A DNA stretch of 64,000 bases. Source: Octopus sinensis (taxonomy: Eukaryota). The stretch is taken from the NCBI RefSeq assembly GCF_006345805.1, contig NC_043006.1:97278001-97342000 (forward strand), written 5' to 3'. Positions 59,684 through 64,000 of the stretch are shown one piece after another. The position numbers were made by a program, and so were the translations under genes. Numbering within the stretch: position 1 is the first letter of the stretch; every line of letters begins with the position of its first letter. The notes beneath the pieces were generated by a model. It worked only from the letters and a program-made list of their open reading frames with translations. It ran no database searches and was not told the DNA's origin.

Positions 59684-59836
59684 CTTTCTCTCTTACTTGT
59701 TTCAGTCATTTGACTGCGACCATGCTGGAGCACCGCCTTTAGTCGAGCAAATTGATCCCAGGACTTATTCTTTGTAAGCCTAGTACTTATTCTATCGGTC
59801 TCTTTTGCCGAACCGCTAAGGTCTCTTTTGCCGAAC
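59684..59836 (-). mobile_element. SINE family A tail fragment
   Basis: Inverted relative to the 59215 copy. Confidence 0.85.
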
Positions 59837-60120
59837 TCTATAAATCTATTTTCTTGAATTCTGTTTTTATAGCCTTTGTTATATCTCTATTGTTGCTTTT
59901 GTTGTTGGTAGTGGTGGTGTTTGTTTTTTTATTGTTGTTTTCTTCAGAGGTTTGAAAAATTTAGGTGAGGCGTTTCATTTACTCCAGTAGTTGACTGCTA
60001 CTTTATTTTTACCAACCTCGAAAGGGCAAAAAGCGTAGTTTGACCTCAAATCACGCCAAGGTCCACTTTAATCCGTTAGAGAGTCAATAAAATAAAGTAA
60101 CCAGTCATGTCATGGATCGT

Positions 60121-60330
60121 AGAAGCGCATGGCTTAGTGGTTAAGGTGTTGTGTTCATGACTGTGACATTGTTGTTTCGATTCCTGGAACGGGCGATACG
60201 TTTGTTCGTGAGTAAAACACTTCGTTTCATGTTGCTCTAGTTTACCCAGTTGATAAAAATTAATATTACTGCGACGGACCAGCGTCCCATCCAGGGAGGT
60301 GTGTTTACGTCAGAGAAATCGGGAAACCGT
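60121..60330 (+). mobile_element. Old tRNA-derived SINE (fourth family)
   Basis: A box TGGCTTAGTGG, B box GTTTCGATTCC, core GCGACGGACCAGCGTCCCATCCAGGG resembling the V/Meta-SINE domain. Confidence 0.65.
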
Positions 60331-60422
60331 AGTGATGTAGACTAATCATATAATGTATTAATATAAACGCCATCCTCCAGAATTTTATGCATTATGTTGA
60401 TGTTAGAAACAATTATTATGAA

Positions 60423-60819
60423 CTAGCAGTATCGCCCGGCGTTGCTCGGGTTTGTAAGGGAAATAACTATATAAGCATTTTTAGAGATGTAAAGTATAAT
60501 AGCCATCTCAATATGGCTAACCACAAAGGGGGGGCGGTTACTGTAGCTTTTTACGTTCTGAGATTTAATAATAAATTTTTAGAGAGTTACTTCCCTTATA
60601 TATGCCAAAAATGCATTAAAAATGGGAAAAATTGATGGTAAATTCTTTTTAAAATCGTAGACTCATCGTAGACGCGCGCTAATACCCCAAAGGGCTCGAT
60701 ATGAATCATGACTATAAGATACCCGGTTTTGGTTAAACTGCACTGCAAAATGTGGGAGTAGTTAGGAATCTAAATCGTAGGAGACAGACAGCACACAACC
60801 TCTCTTTTATATATAAAGA
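60423..60819 (-). mobile_element. Non-autonomous Helitron, copy 2
   Basis: Same termini as 50510-50906; the interior differs by indels. Confidence 0.85.
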
Positions 60820-61104
60820 ATAGATGAATCTTTAGCGTGTCAGACAAAATGTCACGCCGTATTTCTTCAGGCATTTTACGATCTGAGCGGAAATCCCGCC
60901 AAAGCAACGCCGGCTTTCACCCTTTCAATGTCGATAGACTACAGTTCTATATTTAAGAGATGAGGAATTATGTACATTGTTTACATTTGACTGATATTTC
61001 TCCTCATCTTGTTTGTTGTTAATACAACGATTATTAATATTATTAATATTATTATTAATATTAATATTATTATTATGCTATACGCCCGTGAATAATAATA
61101 ATAA

Positions 61105-61139
<35 letters not shown>

Positions 61140-61188
61140 TCGAAAAATACCTTAGGAATGAGAACCCATGTTCGAAATTTCCCCCAAG

Positions 61189-61232
61189 ACACCTGATAAA
61201 GGCTGAATGGTATATCAGCCGAAACGTTGTGT
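61189..61232 (+). ncRNA. Minimal hammerhead motif with one core mutation
   Basis: ACAC-CTGATAA-AGGCTGA...TCAGCC-GAAAC-GTT-GTGT. Confidence 0.6.
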
Positions 61233-61394
61233 TAACAACAAACAAGATGAGGACAAATATCCGCCAAATGTAAATAACGATAATGTAATATTTACATTAT
61301 CGTTAATGTAATATTTACATATCGATAGAATATCTCCTGCCCTCAAAATTGTTGGCCTTGCGTAAAAATTTCAAAAAATCATTATCATTGAGAT

Positions 61395-61755
61395 TTCTTT
61401 AGGTCAAGTAGCTCATCCCGCTCAAAAGGTCTCTGAATAAGGGTTATTTAAGGATGAACAAAACACCTGTGTTTCCCGAGGTGAATTATTCGAACCCCAA
61501 ATAATTCCTCTCAACACATGGATATGATGCTCCCCCACTACTCCTGCACATGATCAAAGATGCACATATTGTCAGTCACTAAGGAAACATACTCAACTGG
61601 TTAAGGTCAAGCAACTGACTAGCAAACCTGTGGTATTGAGCAGAATATTTGCTGTAGCCTATCTTTTACACTAAGACTAAACATAGACATGATAACACTT
61701 CCAATCAGTTAAGATCAGAAGCCAATGGAGCCACTGCCCGGTACTGCATCAGGGC

Positions 61756-61792
<37 letters not shown>

Positions 61793-62348
61793 GAGTGAGA
61801 GAGCAGTGCATGCCATCAAAGTGACACTGGGGTAAAATATACGAAGCCCAATATACCCATCATGACCACCCGTCTGATAAGGATACACTAGGCACATGCA
61901 TCACAAACATATGTGCGCGACATGGTGATCTCATATCAAGATAAACAGCACATGACCTTGCAGGTGGGGCCCAGTTAGAATTTTGTTCTGGTCGAGTAGC
62001 CCATCCCGCTCAAAAGGTCCCTGAATAAGGGTTGTTTAAGGATGTTGAATTAAACACCCCTGTTTCCAGAAGTGAATTATTCAAACCCCAAAGAATCCCT
62101 CTCAACACATGGCTATGATACTCCCCCACTACTTCTGCTCGTTATCAGAGATGCACATATCGTCAGCCACTAAGGGACATGCTTAACTGGTTAAGGTCAA
62201 ACAACTTTTAAGCAAATTTGTGGTATTGAGCAGAATATTTGCCGTAGCCCATCTTTTATACCAAGACAAAACAATGTACATGATAACACTTGCAATCAGT
62301 TAAGATCAGAAGCCATGAGAGCCACTGCATGGTACTACATCAGGGCAT
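61395..62348 (-). mobile_element. (ATT)n-associated non-autonomous element: partial copy (61395-61757) and full copy (61793-62348)
   Basis: The copies are separated by (ATT)11 and are homologous to 58696-59190. Confidence 0.8.
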
Positions 62349-63100
62349 CAAAGAATTCCTCTCAACACATGGCTATGATGCTCCCCCACTACTTCTGCTC
62401 GTGATCAGAGATGCACATATCGTCAGCCACTAAGGGACATGCTCAACTGGTTAAGGTCAAACAACTGTTAAGCAAATTTGTGGTATTGAGCAGAATATTT
62501 GCTGTAGCCCATCTTTTATACCAAGACAAAACAATGTACATGATAACACTTGCAATCAGTTAAGATCAGAAGCCATGATACTACATGGTACTACATCAGA
62601 GCATCAAAGAATTCCTCTCAACACATGGCTATGATGCTCCCCCACTACTTTGCTCGTGATCAGAGATGCACATATCTTCAGTCACTAAGGGACATGCTCA
62701 ACTGGTTAAGGTCCAATAACTGACAAGCAAATTTGTGGTATTGAGCAGAATATTTGCTGTAGCCCATCTTTTATACCAAGACAAAACAATGTACATGATA
62801 ACACTTGCAATCAGTTAAGATCAGAAGCCATGAGAGCCACTGCATGGTACTACATCAGGGCATCAAAGAATTCCTCTCAACACATGTCTATGATGCTCCC
62901 CCACTACTTCTGCTCGTGATCGGAGATGCACATATCGTCAGCCACTAAGGGACATGCTCAACTGGTTAAGGTCCAACAACTGACAAGCAAATCTGTGGTA
63001 TTGAGCAGAATATTTGCTGTAGTCCATCTTTTATACCAAGACAAAACAATGTACATGATAACACTTCCAATCAGTTAGGACCAGAAGCCATGAGAGCCAC
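62089..63100. repeat. Tandem array of ~4 x 259-bp units derived from that element
   Basis: Units start CAAAGAAT(T/C)CCTCTCAACAC at 62089, 62349, 62605 and 62864; followed by (ATT)n at 63103-63153. Confidence 0.95.
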
Positions 63101-63170
<70 letters not shown>

Positions 63171-63311
63171 TTTTTATTCTTCTTGCAATTTTTTTTTTCC
63201 ATTTCTTGCCGAGTGACATCCCGGCAACTAGGGCAAAGATACTCATTGGTAGGCCATTGAAATAAACACATTTACAAAATCAAAAGAACTTATGTATAAA
63301 AAATATATTTA

Positions 63312-63665
63312 CATGAGTGGTAGTCGTTCTCCAGCACTTTACTTGGTTCATGTTCATACCACTCACCAGCATGGTCATATCCTAGTTTTTTACATAACTC
63401 ACAATGGATTATTCTCCCCAGGTTGTTATGCGTTATCTTTTATTCTTTCTGTGCCAGCATATTACATTCACTAATTATGTGAGTAACACTTTCCTCATTT
63501 GATTTACATAACCTACATTGGGAATCCATCTGCTTTTTATCTATCTTGGCTTTTATCCAATTAGTCCCCAATACTTGATTGTGTACTGTTGCTAACAAAC
63601 TTTCTTTCCATTTTCAGCCTTTCTTTTTTGCAACCACAACCATGATTCACTATTACTATTTTCTG
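63312..63665 (-). mobile_element. R4/Dong-clade retrotransposon fragment (CCHC knuckle region)
   Basis: CRLCKSNEESVTHIISECNMLAQKE...IIHCELC...WYEHEPSKVLEN. Confidence 0.8.
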
Positions 63666-63679
63666 CAAATTATTATCAT

Positions 63680-64000
63680 TCTTCTTTCGTTCTTTCTTTC
63701 TTTCTTTCTTTATTTCTTTTTATCACAGGTTTTGTTGGAACTCCTGAAGTCTTGCATGCGTAGCGGGCTTGCTACCTGCAGCCTACAGTACCCCGCTATT
63801 TGTTCTTTTCAACTATCTAATACTTTCCTGATTATTCTAGACATGCCAAAGAGGCAAACCTCTTGTAACAGTTCTACTGGGCACTCTATTCCAATTTCCT
63901 TTATATTCCTCTTGATGCCTTTTGATACTGTCTCCAAGGACCCAACAACAATTGGCACTATCTTCACCTTCTTCATTTTCCATAGCCGGGCTATTTCTTA
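63680..64000 (-). mobile_element. R4/Dong-clade retrotransposon 3' end (RLE C-terminus and 3' UTR)
   Basis: EIARLWKMKKVKIVPIVVGSLETV...LLQEVCLFGMSRIIRKVLDS*, stop at 63809-63811; A-rich tail. Confidence 0.85.

Noticed and set aside
62089-63100. Regular repeat array as a CRISPR-like locus
   Set aside because: Whole 259-bp units repeat with no unique spacers, there are no cas genes, and the context is eukaryotic.

Overview
This is eukaryotic, repeat-dominated DNA with no recognisable host protein-coding exon. The tRNA-derived SINE families and the (TA)n/(TG)n/(ATT)n load resemble an octopod cephalopod, but this is inferred from recall, not from a search. The window has two regimes. (1) About 1-32.6 kb is a dense, nested graveyard of decayed transposons with none of the window's common SINE families: RTE, CR1-group LINEs, Penelope, Gypsy, mariner, three hATs, piggyBac, Crypton, MULE and Chapaev-like pieces. 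Of 20 orientable elements, 18 lie on the minus strand, the architecture expected of a flamenco-like uni-strand piRNA cluster. Inside it is an endogenous parvovirus-like NS1 gene (HUH endonuclease plus SF3 helicase, 15715-17325). It ends in AATAAA and poly(A), is flanked by a 67-bp direct duplication, and is fused in frame to the CCCH-finger ORF1 of the LINE it interrupts. (2) About 32.7-64 kb is SINE- and microsatellite-rich intergenic or intronic DNA. It holds several Penelope-type minimal hammerhead ribozymes, non-autonomous Helitrons, Tc1/mariner relics, a Tx1-like ORF1, R4/Dong fragments and an (ATT)n-associated element expanded into a ~259-bp tandem array. All family calls come from motifs recognised by eye; no database search was run, and edges without TIR/TSD support are approximate.
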